A DNA stretch of 64,000 bases. It comes from Histomonas meleagridis 2922-C6/04-290x. Lineage: Eukaryota; Protista; Parabasalia. The notes beneath the pieces were generated by a model. It made no database searches. It was not told the DNA's origin and saw nothing but the letters and a program-made list of their open reading frames with translations. The stretch covers positions 248,001 through 312,000 of the forward strand of contig JAANOX010000004.1 in the NCBI GenBank assembly GCA_020184695.1. The letters are read 5' to 3'. Position 1 is the stretch's first letter. Every line of letters begins with the position of its first letter. Position numbers and translations under genes: made by a program. Positions 63,271-64,000 of this stretch are shown here, piece by piece.

Positions 63271-63721
63271 ATCCTTTTTATGTATTTTGAATGTTTTACA
63301 TGCAAAGTGAGCACTTTTTGCTGAGTCTTTTTCTTTCAATTATTGTGTCTGAGATAAGTGATAAATTATATTATTTCATGTTCTGAACAAAAAAAATTCA
63401 CTCATTTATGAATAAGCCAAAATCTTTACTCAGTAATTTACGATGGATCTCACATTTTTTTTTTAACAAATTAAAAATAATTATCCTTAGATATATTAAG
63501 AAGGATAATTTATTGTATAATGTATTATATTTCTTCTTTATTTCTAAATGAAAAAATGTTAATTGAAGGATTACCTTGCAAATGATTTGATTAGAAAATT
63601 TCAGTACTTACAGAAACTCTTATCGTTATTCATTTTTTTGATGCCAAACAAACCGTCCAAAGGAATTCGTTGCACTTTTTGTTTTTGAAAACAATAACCG
63701 TATAATTAAAAACATTTCTCA

Positions 63722-64000
63722 ATGTTCGAAAAAGATATTACTTACAAGTGTACTAAAGCAAATCTCATCATTATACTTCTTGCTCTTCTTTATTTTGGTG
63801 GATTATTGTGGTCAATCTTTATAACAGCTAAATGGGTTGCCACAGAACCTTATTTTTATATTTCTTATCATGAAAAGTCTGACTATTACAATTATGAACT
63901 ATACTTAGATGCTTACGCTATTTCTTTGATTTGTCTGGTCTCGGTAGAACTTTTCTTTGCAATAACCACTTTAATGATTTTCTTATGCTGTTCTCATAAA
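63722..64000 (+). CDS. 3'-partial multi-pass membrane protein, possibly tetraspanin-like
   Basis: Not in the ORF track. MFEKDITYKCTKANLIIILLALLYFGGLLWSIF...AISLICLVSVELFFAITTLMIFLCCSHK is open to the window end: two TM helices followed by CC. Confidence 0.6.
   Translation, partial: MFEKDITYKCTKANLIIILLALLYFGGLLWSIFITAKWVATEPYFYISYHEKSDYYNYELYLDAYAISLICLVSVELFFAITTLMIFLCCSHK

Noticed and set aside
1-64000. Global reassignment of TGA to Trp, or of TAA/TAG to Gln
   Set aside because: Multi-kilobase AT-rich ORFs contain many TGG and no internal stops, and recognisable proteins end at TAA, TAG or TGA where their domains end; only local readthrough remains possible.
1-64000. tRNA, rRNA, Maverick/Tc1-mariner or other transposon genes
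   Set aside because: No cloverleaf, rRNA-like GC-rich tract, terminal inverted repeats, or transposase/integrase/polymerase motifs recognised by eye; a tRNAscan or Infernal run would be needed to exclude small RNAs.

Overview
Very AT-rich, gene-dense eukaryotic nuclear DNA, most likely a parabasalid (Trichomonas/Tritrichomonas/Histomonas type). This is inferred from the DUF3447-type ankyrin genes, a giant degenerate BEACH protein, intron-free housekeeping ORFs, TCAYW initiator-like motifs and an NPLF/acidic-tail surface protein. About 25 genes are recognisable: kelch, NadE, Hsp70-like, Rab, Tubby, GT61, SRP receptor beta, exportin-like, TRRAP-like, DENN-like, BEACH, thioredoxin-domain and TKL kinase genes, plus several gene relics. 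Main observation: four ankyrin loci in which each downstream ankyrin repeat is a stop-free cassette of about 30 codons, separated from the next by a frame-breaking AT-rich spacer. Of 26 complete spacers, 20 are exactly 80 nt, 3 are 83 nt and 3 are 63 nt; all 12 in the 60-62 kb array are 80 nt despite divergent sequence. The spacers have no usable GT-AG ends and carry a 7-bp stem/6-nt loop with covarying or G-U-tolerant pairs. This points to an undescribed non-canonical intron, bypass or DNA-cassette system acting on DARPin-like variable repeats; the mechanism is inference and needs RNA data. Second observation: a polyprotein at the window start looks like a precursor of several cationic antimicrobial-type peptides flanked by Asn/acidic spacers. 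Third: several ATG-initiated frames contain in-frame TGA codons. No tRNA, rRNA, CRISPR array or intact transposon was recognised.
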